In this document: in pieces, positions 1 to 13,025 of the stretch | How the letters are laid out: the number at the start of each line of letters is the position of its first letter | How positions within the stretch are numbered: the stretch's first letter is position 1 | From: Amphiscolops sp. MND2022 | Taxonomy: Eukaryota | Reading direction: 5' to 3' | DNA: 64,000 bases | Assembly: GCA_964187785.1 (NCBI GenBank) | Contig: OZ076409.1 | Span: forward strand, 11,286,001-11,350,000 | Made by a program: the position numbers and the translations under genes | Notes under the pieces: model-generated | Databases searched by the model: none | What the model saw: the letters and a program-made list of their open reading frames with translations, nothing else | Told to the model about the DNA's origin: nothing

Positions 1-1410
1 TGTGTTTCACTATGTGGGGTGTTTGTTTTCATTTCAGGTTGTATGTTATCCGTTGGGACTACGGATCTGAATGTTGTTTTCAGTTTTCTCTATTAGGTTG
101 AAGATGAACTAATTTTTTTTGAATTTCATTATCTCATTGTGATATTTGATTGGCATGGAGATTATCCAGAAAATAAAACCCTGAATGAAAATGACCGTGC
201 GCGAATTGTTAATCAGGCAAGTTTTAGTTTGAAAACTCCCTCAGTTCAAATTCTGCGTTGCGCGAACGTTAACTTTCGTATTCCAAAGTCTCCTACAAAT
301 TATTTAGTTGTTCTGTAAGTAAAGTTTAGAATAACTCAAAGGTCTTTGATTCTTCCGTGTCCCAGTCCTCGGTTGATCTATTTATTCATCACTTTGTTTA
401 CAGTTGTTTTAATATACTTGTAATTAGCCGGAGTAGACGAGTAAAGTCACGCGGCCTAATTGGTTCAAATCTAAAATCAGTTGGTGTAATTTTTATGATT
501 ATTGATAAAAGCAAATGTTTAAGTATTGTGTGTATTTAAATAAAAACCTTACCTGAAAGAATGTACCACTTGATGATACAATAAATCGTGACTGATAATA
601 CTACCACATATCAACCCCTGTTGCTAATACCCAAAAAAACCCAAGAGGCCGTTGGCCGTACATGTCAACCATTATTATGAAATGTCATGTAAACTTACTG
701 ATGCATTTAATTCTATACGTATGTTGTTCTAGTTTAGTCAGCACGCCCCCGGACTTTTATTAGGTGCTTTGATCTTGCCGTACTCATAAAAAACGGTGAT
801 GTGATTAAACTTTTTATAGAATTGATGGTTCCATACTTATGTCTGGAGCTATTTTCAGACTACATTTTCCTGAGTGTCATGCCCTGCTGGGTATTTGAAG
901 ACAATCAGAAGACACAATTGTTATAAGATTCATACAATAAAAGGTACTTTTGTCAAAGGTGATACTTCAAAGTTGGAAATTTGAATTACAGAAAAAATTT
1001 AAATATTCCTCTTGTACTCTCACTAATGCCTTCCGCCAGAAGACAGAACGCTAAAGCTAAAAAATCTAGAGAAATGGATATTTTATCTAATTATGGCAAC
1101 ATGCACATAGTGCTAGGAGAGGGAAATGCAAACTCCATTGAAAGAGATCTTGATAATGTTATAAATGGCCCAGAAAGGCACCAGGACTTCAATACCTTAC
1201 CTATTAGAAGAAGATCATCTCAGGAAAATGAGATCAGGAATTTAGATAAAAGAAATGGCCCTGATAGCCAAGACGGAAGTGAAGATTCCATTGAAATTTT
1301 ATGAAATGAATTTATTGCTAGACTGTCCCAAAAGATGAATTCACAGCTAGTGCAGACACAGATCAATAGGGCCATTTGTTCAGCCATAAATGATAGAGTA
1401 ATACTTGCTG
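1..1410 (+). mobile_element. Truncated LTR-retrotransposon fragment carrying the 5' end of a Gag-like ORF (ATG 1026)
   Basis: Peptide from 1026 (MPSARRQNAKAKKSREMDILSNYGNMHIVLG) aligns by eye with the LTR-encoded ORF start at 13841 on the minus strand (MPSTRKQKAKEKRSRQSDVLSDIENLDVMLG). Premature stop at 1302-1304. Both boundaries are approximate. Confidence 0.6.
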
Positions 1411-1459
1411 GGACAAGCAAGTCCCAGAGGGTGTCTTTCGTGCTCTGAAAACGCTTCAA

Positions 1460-1660
1460 AAGTTCGGATATAGCGTGCTGGGCCACATGGGAGCACTTTA
1501 TCAGAACTTCGGCCTCCTCCTTAGTAAAGGGCAACTTATTTCGGACATAAGGTCAAAGATTAGATATAGCGCAATAATTTCGATTCTTCGCTTCCTCCTT
1601 AGTAAAAAGCAATATAGTTCGGACATAACGGCGAAAATGCGGATATAGCGCAAAATTCTC
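1460..1660. repeat. Degenerate ~80-bp tandem units, probably a MITE remnant
   Basis: cctccttagtaaa...ttcggacataa and gatatagcg motifs recur at about 80-95 bp spacing. Confidence 0.45.
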
Positions 1661-1859
1661 GAATTTCACTTTGGATACAATATCAAAAATTCAAATAGTA
1701 TTAAGTAAAATTATCGCTGAAAACATATTGAGAAAATCTAATATCAGATGAAAAATGAAAAATTTGCACCGTCTCGTTGTGCCAAAAAATGAAGAGGGGA
1801 CCTTTTGAGATTTTTAAACATCGTTTCAGTTGCAAAATATCAAAAAAATTGAAGAAGGA

Positions 1860-2190
1860 TGTCGATACGCTCCTGATTGTGAGAACTTGATGTTCTCAGA
1901 GCGTTTTCTCCCTCGAGGCGAAAGGTAAACTGTTGGATTAGTGTCGATAATAACCCTTTAATCTCGTTCATTTCGGGTTTTAATTTCGCCATTTGGCCAT
2001 TCATTTCCGCTTATTAACTCAAACTAACTCCGTTCTGATGAGTTTCAGATGAATTTGAGTCGGAGTCTGCGTTTACGGCATTGTTTAGGCCAGAATCCAT
2101 ATTCAGATGAATTTTAGATGAATTTACAAAAGTGCAAGAATTATTGATGATCTTTCCACTTCTAAGTCTACTAGGAGAAACTACACTCAT
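1860..2190 (-). pseudogene. LTR-encoded Gag-like N-terminal ORF (110 codons, two adjacent stops)
   Basis: Manual translation: MSVVSPSRLRSGKIINNS…GVSLS**AEMNGQMAKLKPEMNEIKGLLSTLIQQF…HNQERID+A. It has an RLRSG-type start and a coiled-coil-like stretch, and runs to the LTR terminal CA. Confidence 0.55.
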
Positions 2191-2239
2191 ATATGCAATC
2201 GAGAAGAATTTGATTTTTCTGAAAAAAGGAATTTGATGC

Positions 2240-2259
2240 TAAGAGAGAGAGAGAGAGAG
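2240..2259. repeat. (GA)n microsatellite
   Basis: About nine consecutive GA units. Confidence 0.85.
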
Positions 2260-3032
2260 TAAAATAGGAGTCGAAATCAAGGTTTAGTTGCAACTGGTTA
2301 CAAAGGTAGGAAGTAAGTTAAAGAGCGCCTTTTTTCGCTACTCAAGTTGCGTCGACTAGTCGAATTTGTCACCTACGGGTGTGTCACCCTACTGGATTAT
2401 CAATTATCGCACTTTTAACTTAATCTTGGACTAGTGCGGCGAGGTGATAATTGTCACGTCGCTCCAATTCACCAACTTCAGTAGTAAGGTTCCATAATGC
2501 AGCAGATCAACATAATTGGCGAATTATAACCTCTATTCTTCATTGAGAATGAATTGATATGATAGCAAAGCGCTTGATTAATACCTGGTGGATTTACGAT
2601 GCTAAAAAGCATTTGTGATGATGTTAAGTTGAACAATAAGAGAATGACCAAATTTCGATGGATAATTGATGCGTGATGAATTATGCATGAAAATGGATAG
2701 GGCCCTTCGGTCTTAGAGGCATCGATTTCGTTGCCCCTGATTTTCCATCCCTTTTCCATCCAAGGTAGTGAAATGATTGTGAAATCATCAATTTCTCTTC
2801 AGAGAGCACGCAATGGTTGTAAGCACTTATTGACTGCTCTTATTTGATCACTAGCACCTTTTAAATGATTGTACTACGCGGGATCAGGTCCTCAGGTTGA
2901 TAATAATTACACTTGCGATAAGCAAGTGTTATGGGAAGTGCGGTTTTTCTTCCGCGCGACAACTCTCTAGTTTCAGACCGCAAGTCGCATAGTCTGAATT
3001 TGTGGCGTCATAACTATCATCACTTGTGGCAC

Positions 3033-3647
3033 CTAACTAGCATCATAATATCTTACATGTAGCTAATACTAGAGTAAATCAACATTACATGAAGTGGCAG
3101 CATCAATTTCCAGCAAAATAAGATTTCTGACCTAGCGTCAGCGTGACTGCATGCATTGGTCCGTTCCGAGTTCTGATTCGCCAGGAAATATTTAGACAAC
3201 GCGTCAATTCGACTAGTGTTGGGACAGTTGAACGCGTTTCCAATCCTTCAACCACTTTTGAATGCTATTAAAGCCCGTTACTGCATTGTACATTGATCAA
3301 TTACAAATATATTGCACTTGGATTAATTACCGCGCTGTCAAAGTATTAGAGTTACTAATCAAATGAAATTATAGAAGTTGAAGTAGCAATAAGTACAATA
3401 TTCTAACTAATTTAGAGTAATACCTTGCTGTCAAATTGACCAAAGGTCGAAATATTAAAATACAGTATCTAGTAATTATGTAATTGTTGATCTAGTCAAA
3501 TTTACATGAGATCACATTTGAAATGAAATAAATAACGTAAGTTGTATTGTTTTCAGTTGCTTCATATTGGGAGTACTCCTGGTCCAGGATTACTTTGATC
3601 ATTCTCCGACACGATTTGATAGTACATGCCGCCACAGGCGGCAGCCT
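3033..3647. repeat. ~615-bp direct repeat, copy 1 (copy 2 at 14131-14746)
   Basis: ctaactagcatcataat…acaggcggcagcct is colinear with 14131-14746, with scattered substitutions. Confidence 0.95.
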
Positions 3648-4408
3648 CGTCATTCCCCGGGGGATTAAGATGAGGGACCAGGCCTTCATACCATCTTGGA
3701 AGGCTTGACGTCTGGCTAATCTTTGGTCGTAGGTTTCGCCTCGCACATGAGTCCCTTCAAGATAGCCCAGAGTTATCTCTTCTTTGATCTCGTGGTAGGA
3801 TTTGCCGCAGACCACACAGCCAGTGATGAAGGTCTCATTCGGTAGACCGCAAGAACCACCTACTGTAATTGCTAAGCCCGTAATGTGAGGGTTGTGCGTC
3901 CATGGGTTACATTTTGTTCAAATTGGGGATAATTTTCGTAATGATAGGATGGCATCTGATCAATAGGTGGGGGCGAAGCTGGCGACTCAACCTCTGGAAT
4001 GAGTTGGCTGCAAACAGCGATTGGGTGTTCCCCAATTGCTCGATTAGCATAAGTAGAAGGTGGGTTGCCAATAATCCAGTTGATCAGTTCATCTGACGGT
4101 TCCGTGAAAGTGCTAGCGTCCTCTAGGAATGCCTCCGAGGGCAGGCTCAGGTCGTTAAGACATTGCGTCAAGTTCGCTATCATTGCTCTTCCAGCTAAAA
4201 GTTGCGGGGAGAATGGCGGATGCTCATAATAACATGCCAACAATTGTATGTCGTCGTCTAAAGATTCTCGGTCCTGTAGGTCTTGCACCGATGTAACAGA
4301 ATCAATCTCCATATTTTCTTCCGAAGACGCATAAGATAGGCTGACCAGTGATCTAGGATGTTCTTCGATCTCAAATTGTAGAGACATGGTTTCGCGACAG
4401 CGATTCAA
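3492..4408 (-). pseudogene. Unknown accessory ORF inside the putative LTR (frameshifted; acidic N-part, CxxC in C-part)
   Basis: ORFs 3872-4408 and 3492-3815 are adjacent on the same strand. The latter is preceded in frame by NETFITGC, giving GCVVCGKSY. No family recognised. Confidence 0.5.
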
Positions 4409-5626
4409 GAGAAGTTTCTTTACAATTTTGATGATAGTAGGAACGGACCGACTGACGTTTATTAGTTTTTTGAGATGAATGAGGATCTTCAGTGTACTTG
4501 ACGTAAGGTCGAATCTCGTTTTCGCGGGAAAATTGAGATGGAATCACCCCGAATTTTTTGCCAAAATTCCCAAATATGGCTTTCGATTTTCATTACGAAT
4601 TGGAACTTTTAGTAAACTTTCGTTTCAATTACCATGTTACTTAGCCACTTGAGATTGTTTTCCCTTCATCTTCGAAGTCGTGAAAAGACTGCTAGAGTGT
4701 TTATCATCACTAACGTTCTGTCAACAAACTTCAGCGAACACCTTCGGTCCGCCTGACAGCAATAAATGGCGGGCCAATCAGGTAGCAGAGGTGAGTTGAT
4801 CAATTAAATGGAGATGAATGAAGTTGTTCATCTTGTAAAATTTGGTAATTTATAGTAAGTGCTGAAATGAACAGGGTTAAATGTAATAAAGGTTGAAATA
4901 GATTACTAACTTGTAAGGTTTAAGGCTGAGTAATTTTCTAACTAATGCTAATCAAGTACTTCACTGGCAGGTTCGGTACTATATAATATGACGTTTATGC
5001 TAAAATATCGGAATGAGGATAATGATTTCAACTGTTATGGTAAGTAAAGCTAATTTATAAGTAGCCACGACTTCTGTTTGAATTTAACACCATTATTAAG
5101 CGGCAAGTTCAGTAGTGAGTACTGTTGAGTCACGTGAATTAATGAAATGTTGTGAATGATCAAGTATTTGGTTTTATAACAGTAAAGTTTCAGCAGCATT
5201 ATTAACTCTGATACCGCATTCGCACTTGTAGTCAAGAATTCATTCAATATATTTGAAAAGCCAGTTGGTTTTGATTTATAAGTGCCTGCCAAAAAATTAT
5301 TTGTTACCCTCCACTGATCGTCCAGTAATTGACATCAAGAGCATCACTTGAGCTGTACTAGATTATTCCGGTTATCTGTTGCAGTGTCTTTGACCTTGGG
5401 TCCATTACCAGCCATTTCGTGAAAGACTAACCACGTTTCTCCAGGCAAATTAGCAACTAAACCCTTATTCTCCTTCGAGTAAATCTTCTCGAGTCGGAAA
5501 CAGCTCACTCCCTTAGCGACTTCAGTTATTTTGGCTTTCCATCGACCATTCATTGGCTTACCTAAACTCTTCGATTCCTAGCATTTACCAGGGAGAGACT
5601 GAGCATCATCAAATCTGCCTCCACAT

Positions 5627-8600
5627 ATGGATGAGACATCAGGTTGGTTTTTTTTAAATTTGTTAGAAACAAACTTGATCAGGGCTTAATTCTAACTTTG
5701 TCACTTCCTCCATCGTGAAATGTTTTGCTAAAAGCATGAACATCGTGTCAAACTTACTTCCAGAAGATTTCATAATTTTGCGGCAAGACGGACTTTTACG
5801 CAGGAAGTCAACCGCGCTCATTCATTTCTTTCCGTTTAGGAGAGATTTCAAACGGCCCACCGGCTCAACTTAAGGATGAGGAGATGGAAACTGACCAACG
5901 AATTGCTGACGTCGCGGGCCAGTGACCAAACTGAAGAGGATTTAGAGGTGATTGAGATCACTGCCTCCTCACCTGAACCTGAGGATACTACTGAGAAAGT
6001 CCCAACCCCAGACGTCATGGCTCCGAAGCCACCAAGTAGTCCTCGAGTCAAAAGGGAAGCTGAGAGTACCTCTCTTTTGGCCGAAATCTATAGGAGGGGA
6101 GGTTTTGTGTTTAGCAGCAGCGGCTCCGACCAGAGTGTGAGCGCCTATTGTTCAAGGAAAGTGGAGGCATTAAGTCCGAAGGTAAAGAAATCTGCTTCAG
6201 TGATATCGACCACTGAACCAAAGGTCAGCGTTAGCGAACCCATTCGTCTAGCTCCAACAGTGCCAACAACTATCCCAGTCACAGAGAGTTGTATACAAAA
6301 CCAGAATCTTTCTCTCTCCGCACCGCAGCTCCACTCCAGCATTCGTGACCGAATACAGGGTACTAAATACCCTAAGAGTAAGGTCACAATCAATGCCCCT
6401 CCCATTGAATTTGTGTTTTCTTCTGCTCTGGAGCATCCCGTTCTCAGTGGAGCTTCTACCTCCAGTCGTATGGATCGACAGTCCAAAATCTTGTCCGATG
6501 AGGAAGTTCCCATGTCATGTGGTGAGACGGGAGGACAGGCAGTCAGTGACCCTGAGTCGGTGCATCCCAAGAGGTCAACTCTAGCTGATGCTTTTTCCGC
6601 CCCAGTTCGGAACTTTGCCCCTGCCCTAAGTTTACCCAGTTACGCTTCACCAGACGAAGTGGTTCAACGCTCTGGGGAACCTGCCCCGCTCTCAATTAAT
6701 AGCCAGGAACTAATTCGGACTTATTTTGAAAAGACCCCATCATTCAGTTTACCCCAAGGACATCCAACCATCTCCGTTATCTAGGAGCAAATTGGTCGCA
6801 TTCTCCGAATTGTAGCGGACGAGACGGCAAGGGCTTCATTCGAAATGCTTAACAGTGTCGTGATTCGTGCAAGCCAATTGAGCATTCGAGAATCCCCCGC
6901 TACAAGCAAGGTTCCGATGCACCGCCCTATATCATTACGCTCTTGCTCAACTGGATCAAAAGGAGACTTGACGTCTTTCGCAGTAGGAGACAGTAGACGT
7001 GAGCCTAACAGTAGAGGTGCAACTAGTGAGGGGGAGTTCTGGAGTGATGTGGATCTGGGACATAGTTCTAGCCGATTATCAGCCATTCAAGTGCCTAGTC
7101 CTCCCGTTGCCGGTAGTAGTCAGACAGATATAGTTGTTACTCCAAATCCTGGCACATGTGAAAGCCCTGGGAATCAAACTCTGGCCGAATTGAAACAGAA
7201 AGCAGCCATGGCTAAAGGAAAAGGTCGCAAGAAACCCGGACCAAAGGTCAAAGCAAAGAATCCACGCAAGGCCGTGGCAAGATCGAGCAAAATCCTCAGA
7301 GATGAGATGCTGGATGGGATGCCTTGGACTCGAACATTTGTGTCCGGACCAATGGACCCAAGATGGAAAGCTTACAAATTCTATTGCCAGATTTGTAAGG
7401 GGAACATCTCACTTTATGGCCGAGGCGATAAAGTGATCCTCAGACTCCATTCGCCTGAACGTCACCTCCGCAAAGACAACAGGTGGCGATATGAACATCT
7501 TGCAGTTGAAGATCCGCTCATAAAGACAATTCACCACCAAGTCAGAGATGGGAAGGGACAAATGTTGGCGCCTAAGTACCTTCGGAGGGAATACGAGTAT
7601 TTTAAACGTGCAGCACTAGTGGACATTAGAGAAAAGCTCCCTTATTATCATGAAGCTATGGCTGGCAAATCCCACATGACGTCCTCTTCAGAAAACAAAG
7701 TGCGGGTCCAGATTTCCATTCTCGGACGTTTCCTACCATCAGTCGATGACCTTGGGTTGCTCAGAGGGTTGTGGAAGGACGTAGGTGTTGTCGTCAACCA
7801 CCAAGCCCTCTTCTCGGATTTCAACTGGGGCAAAGAGAAACTTGCCGTTAGTTTCTTGAAGTATTTGTTTGTATGACTTCTTCACTCTAAGGACCTGCCT
7901 AAGCTAAAATCAAGTGTACTTAGTCTGCTCTAGTAAATTGAATGCAGCTTTACTCGATGTCTTCCCTGAGCGCTACCATATTCATTTTAGGTGGGTTGAC
8001 TCAAAAGGTTTTTTTCATTTTAGGTACAATTTCACTACATCTTTGTCCAAATGCTGGAAGATATCGGACACCATGTCGTTTCCAATGGCTATTATGCGGT
8101 CGAATGCGAGATCAGAGGTGTGTTCCTCTTCCTTCACCTCTGGTTTATGGAAGGACAAACAACTCTGTAGGGTCCTTCTCATGCGGACCAGACGTGTCCT
8201 CGGACCCATGCACAGCCGAAAATAAACTGTTAAGTTGACTCCTAGCTGCCATTTCGACGAGTCACTCTCTAGTTTGCTGCAGTGGATGTTCACTAGAGTT
8301 AGTGCAGTTGTTGGACAACAGTCCCTTATACCCCCTGGCGGTCCAGAGTCCTCAACGCTTCGAGGAGTTGTCGCTCCAGAAATTGATGTATGAGCGCAGT
8401 CACTGTGTCTTCAGGAGGATCAACTTCGTGTCGGTCATACAGTACCTTGTGGTTTTCCTGGGGGGTAGTCTCAGCCTTGAGTGTCTTCTTCTGTCTCCTG
8501 AACTTTCAAAGGTTAGTGCGCTACTTTAATTTATCCACTGACTTTTCATTTTGATTCTAGGCAGTCCGTTGTTGCAAATTGGACATTGCGAAGCTGCACG

Positions 8601-10128
8601 TGTTGTGTCAGGAGTTGCTGACTAACTGGGGTTCCGTCCTGGAGTATTCGGGTTCAGCTTCTCACTCAGGAGATGCAGGAAGTGAAGAACCAGGTAATGC
8701 TCTCGAGTCTACTGTACTGAGGGTCTGTCCTTACCCGACATTAGGCAATTGGTCTGATTCCTTTCAGGCACAGAGCTTGGAGTGGTCTATTGTGTATGAC
8801 GACCTGTTCACTACCAAACTTGAGCTTTTCCAATTTCTGGCACGGGATTGTTTGTATATTTTATTTTCAAACATAATAATGTTAATGTCTTGAGAACTAT
8901 CTCTTGGGAGATTTTCCTTTATCTAAGCTCGTCCCTCTATACTGTCTTGTTATAATGTATGCGTGAGTTGTCCCTCTTAGTGTACTTTACGTCTTACTTA
9001 CTGCATTAATGAGTGGTTTGTGGTGTTTAGACGCAAATAGCTTCACCATCAGTCTCAGCGGACGTAAAGACCGCAACTGCTATCTGTATCGGCAACTGTG
9101 TCAGTACCTGTTCAGACTTGCCCGAAGGTGTTCTAATCCTTCGGATTTACCAGACGACCAGAACTGGCCGGCTATATTGAACCTAGACATCAAAACTGTA
9201 ACAGCACTCACTGTCTCCGAGTTCATCTCTCGGATCAAATTAGGTCCCAGACTCCGGATCTCATGCAGGGCTATGGCCGAAAAGGACATCCGCGACAAAT
9301 TGGATCAAGGATTGCCCATAGGTGCACTAGCAAACAAGAACAGGGACGATTTTGGAAGGTCTACCCGAAGCTATATCTCTCTTTTCAGTTCTGTCCAAAA
9401 CCAAAAAACTCTTGCAACTGATTTAATGAAAGAGCTCGGCAGTTTTAATTTGGATACACTGTTACATGACCCTCTTCCACACGCAGTCTACTGTTTTTCT
9501 CGGCTGTTCACTAGCTTCCGCCTACGAGGATACTTTTCGCGTTTGACCGAAAGACAGAATGTCCGGAAGAGTATGCGTCCTTTCTTGATGATCTTCGACG
9601 CAAGTATCCTGAATTGCACCAACCAACGCTCTTCGTCCTGAATACCGTTGGTTTCCTGATTGATCAAACTTCCTTACAGAGTCGCCCTTCACTACTCAAG
9701 CTTTTTCGTCTGGCTTGTTTGTGTCTTGATGAGCCTTTCCAGACCTTACCACCTGTCAAGTTTGGCTCAGTGGATTCTGATGATCCCACAAGTGGTTTCG
9801 TAGATGTAGTGTTGCAAGTGCAGTCCTATTTCCAAAATGTGCCTAATAGTATAGAGTCCATCAACTCAGATGTTTAAACGTCAGATTTTTTAGTCCCTGG
9901 GACAGTGTAGATTTCTTTGGTCGTACTGGGATCCTTGAACAGTTATATCCCAGTAGTACATGCCGTCGCAGTCAAATTTTGGATCCTGTGTCCAATGTCT
10001 CTGATGCCACTAAGCCCGTTAGCTCTAAGAAGTCCGGAGTGTCAAAGAAGATGAGTCACTTGCTAACTGGGAAAGAGTTAACCCAATCAGCCGAGAACTT
10101 ATTGTCTGCAAGCAGTTCTAAATTTTAA
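5627..10128 (+). pseudogene. Multi-exon C2H2/BED-like zinc-finger gene antisense to pol (disrupted)
   Basis: Long frame 5840-7846 (ORFs 5876 and 6845 share a frame, separated by one TAG). Phase-consistent GT-AG introns at 7847-8023 (phase 0), 8512-8560 (phase 0) and 8694-9030 (phase 1). Motif FYCQICKGNIS…RLHSPERHL. Possible first exon ATG 5627 with a donor at 5643; 5' structure is uncertain. Confidence 0.65.
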
Positions 10129-10339
10129 TTGTACATATGTACAATTGTTTCTAGACTGCGTATTTGTTTATTTTCTCTTAGTTGCAGAATTTATATTAAT
10201 TAGATTGTATGCTTGTATTCTTAGTCATCTGTTTGTCTTACTTTTGACACTTAGTTTTGTTCGGTGTGAAAGTCGGACGAAGCCCCATAAAGATACCATT
10301 TATTGGTAAAGAATTCACGGGGCTATGAATTCAATTTTT

Positions 10340-13025
10340 CTGTTTTCATCAGTAAAGTTGGGGGTAGGGTTAGGGCGTAATTTTTATTTTCCTCCCCTGG
10401 GACTTTCAGTCTCTACAACGGAATCATCTGTTTTTTTTTGTCTGATAAATCGGGGACGATGATATCCTTCCCTCGAGATTTTGGAAAATCAGAATATCCT
10501 GCCTCTGAGATGCTCTTAGAGATGGTTGCATCAGTTTCTAAATCAGTAGTTGATTGCTGTCCAGTTGACCTAAGGTCCGTGTCAGCCGCAGTTTCGGCCG
10601 ACTGCTCAGGCAGTTGCTCAGACTCAGCTGAGTTGGTATCGTGTTGCAGTCTAGCGGACCGAAGGTCCAATTCGTCGAGTTCAATTCCCCGCTGCTCAGT
10701 AGCAGCGTCATCAGTATTTTCGTCGCGTGGCGTGGACCGGTGGTCCAAATCTGTAATTATTACGTCAGGTTGATCAGAATCAACTGGGGATTCATCAGAA
10801 GTGTTTGGTAAGTCAGAATATGAGGGGAAATCATCAAATTCTGCCTCCCAAGAAATAACATATAAAACATCTTGTTGAACAATAATTTCATCGTCAGCTT
10901 GGAAATTGCCTTCGAGGCGGACATCACGTAACTCAGTGACTGGAGTGTGTTTTCGTAAACGTATATGATGAATAATTTGCGTTTTATTAGAGCTGAGTTT
11001 GCGGACAATGTTATTGTCGTTCGGTAGGACTTTTTCGATGACATAGGGTCCAATCCACCGAATTTCTCGGAACGGAATTTTTGATCCCTGGTGGTCCGCT
11101 AGCGGCTGTAGTATGAAACAATAGTCTCCCTGTTGCAATGGAGCTAGTTTTGCTTTTCGATCATATTATTCCTTGCACTTTAAGTACGATTGCATGATAT
11201 TGTTCTTTGTCGTGTCAATATGAAGTTGAGTACGCCTTTGCAATTCATCAGCGAAATCTGTGATTGGTAGGATTTTCGGGTTGGGATTTAATCCTAACCT
11301 ATGGTCTAATATGTTATACGGCACTCTGCCATGAAAAATCCTGGAAGGTTCGCATCCTAGGCTTGAATGATAGGTGGTGTTGTAATTGAGAACAGCCAAT
11401 GGAAGATATGCCATTGGCGACGGTTTTCACTAGAAGCCATTTTAAGGTTGCCCTTGAGGCTGGCATGAGTTCTTTCTAGTTTACCTATCGTCTGAGGATG
11501 CTTCGTTGTTGCGCATTTCATCTGAATACATAGTATTTTTGCAACCTCTTCGACTAGACGTGACGTAAAGGCCGAGTCTTTGTCAGTGATCAGCGTTGTC
11601 TGAAGGTAGGTATGCCTCGTCATAATGTCAATGAGTACTTTTGCTGTGCTGGAGACTGAAGCGTCAACGACCGGATAAGCAAATAGGTATCTGGAGAAGA
11701 CGTCTAGAGCGGTAATGATACTTTCATATCCTCCACTTGGTGGGAGATTAGGTAAAAAATCAATTTGTAGGGCCAAGATTGCATTCAGACAAATTGAGTA
11801 GTTCAGGTGTTATCGATGGATTTTTGATTTTTTTTTGTCTTTTATGCATATATCGCATGTTTGAACCCACCTTTTGACGATTTTTGCAAATCCAGTAGAG
11901 TAGTATTTTTGACGGATCTCATGTAGCATTTTGGAAATTCCCGGAGGTTTTTTTCGCGGTTTCATGTAGTGATTGAAGTAGTTCAGTTAGGAGGTGTTTC
12001 GGTAGCAGCGGGTGGCGGAATTGGACGTTGCTTGTTTCATCGTAATAGTCTCTGAAGATGATGTCTTCATGTACGACAGACGGTCCAGCTGACGGCAGTA
12101 ATATCGGTAACGTGAATCTTGTTGCAAAATGGATTCTGAGTATTCTTCTTTTTGTATTTTGAGACGTAATTGTTGTAAGATGATGTCATTCTGTTGTTCA
12201 ATAGCCATACTGGTTGGTTTTGCTAGTTTCTGGAGAGTTGGGGTTTGGGCGTAAGTTCTATTGTGTGTACTCAATTTGTCTAACAAAACGTCAGGAAGTT
12301 GATTTGTCGGGATGACCTGGCGTCCTGTTTCCGCTTCCAATTTTGTTCCTCTGTTTCTTCATTTTCGTCTGTGTAGAATATCTGATCTTTTCCAGTGACT
12401 CCAGCTGATTGAATGTTGAGTTCGATGGGCGTTGTTGAGATATCTTCTCGTGTACGGAGTATGAGTTTCTCTTCGGGACAGATTTCTAGGTGCGACAGAT
12501 AGTCAGCTGCGGTGTTGTTTTTGCCAGGTATGTGTGCTATGGTTAAATTGAACTGGGTAACGTAGTCACATGCGCTCCACAGTTTTGGTGGAATGATTTT
12601 AGTTTGAAAAAAGCGAGTGACCGATTTGTTGTCTCTTAGAATTATCACCGGATTCGGGGTCCCCCAAAAGATATGGCCAAATTCTTTAAATGCAAAGAAT
12701 ATCGCTAGGAACTCTTTTGCATATATGGACATTTTCAATTGGGCGGGACTAATGGTCTTGGATCCATATGCTACTGGTGCAAAGGCTTTTCGCGTTGAAC
12801 TATATTTCTCCATTGGATCGTCCTCGATGAGAACTGCATAACCTGCCGCCGAGAAACTACCATTAGTCATTAATGGTATCTGTTTGTTGGGCAGAGGTTG
12901 TTTGAGTGCAAGTTCACAGCATCGGTCAAGAGCTTTGTTGATCTCGGTGACTTGTTCTAACAGATCAAGCGTCACTATGACCTTAGCTTCGTTTTTCAGT
13001 AGTTTGAAGAATGAAGTCAGTTTTT
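10340..13025 (-). pseudogene. pol: Gypsy pol remnant: RT end/connection, RNase H, integrase, GPY region and acidic tail
   Basis: RNase H motifs LMTNGSFSAAGYAVL, YAKEFLAI, RDNKSV, HIPGKNNTAADYLS. Integrase motifs LQIDFL…ALDVFSRYLFAYP…ITDKDSAF…GKLERTHASLK, then RWIGPY. Multiple frameshifts. Confidence 0.93.

Larger units (their letters stand above)
1860..5502 (-). repeat. Putative ~3.6-kb 3' LTR
   Basis: On the minus strand a purine-rich AAGGGAGTGAGC (5514-5503, PPT-like) precedes TGTTTCCG at 5502, and the segment ends …TATCGACA at 1860. A similar GGGAGTGA precedes the 3' LTR that starts at 44031. The 5502 boundary is inferred. Confidence 0.5.
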
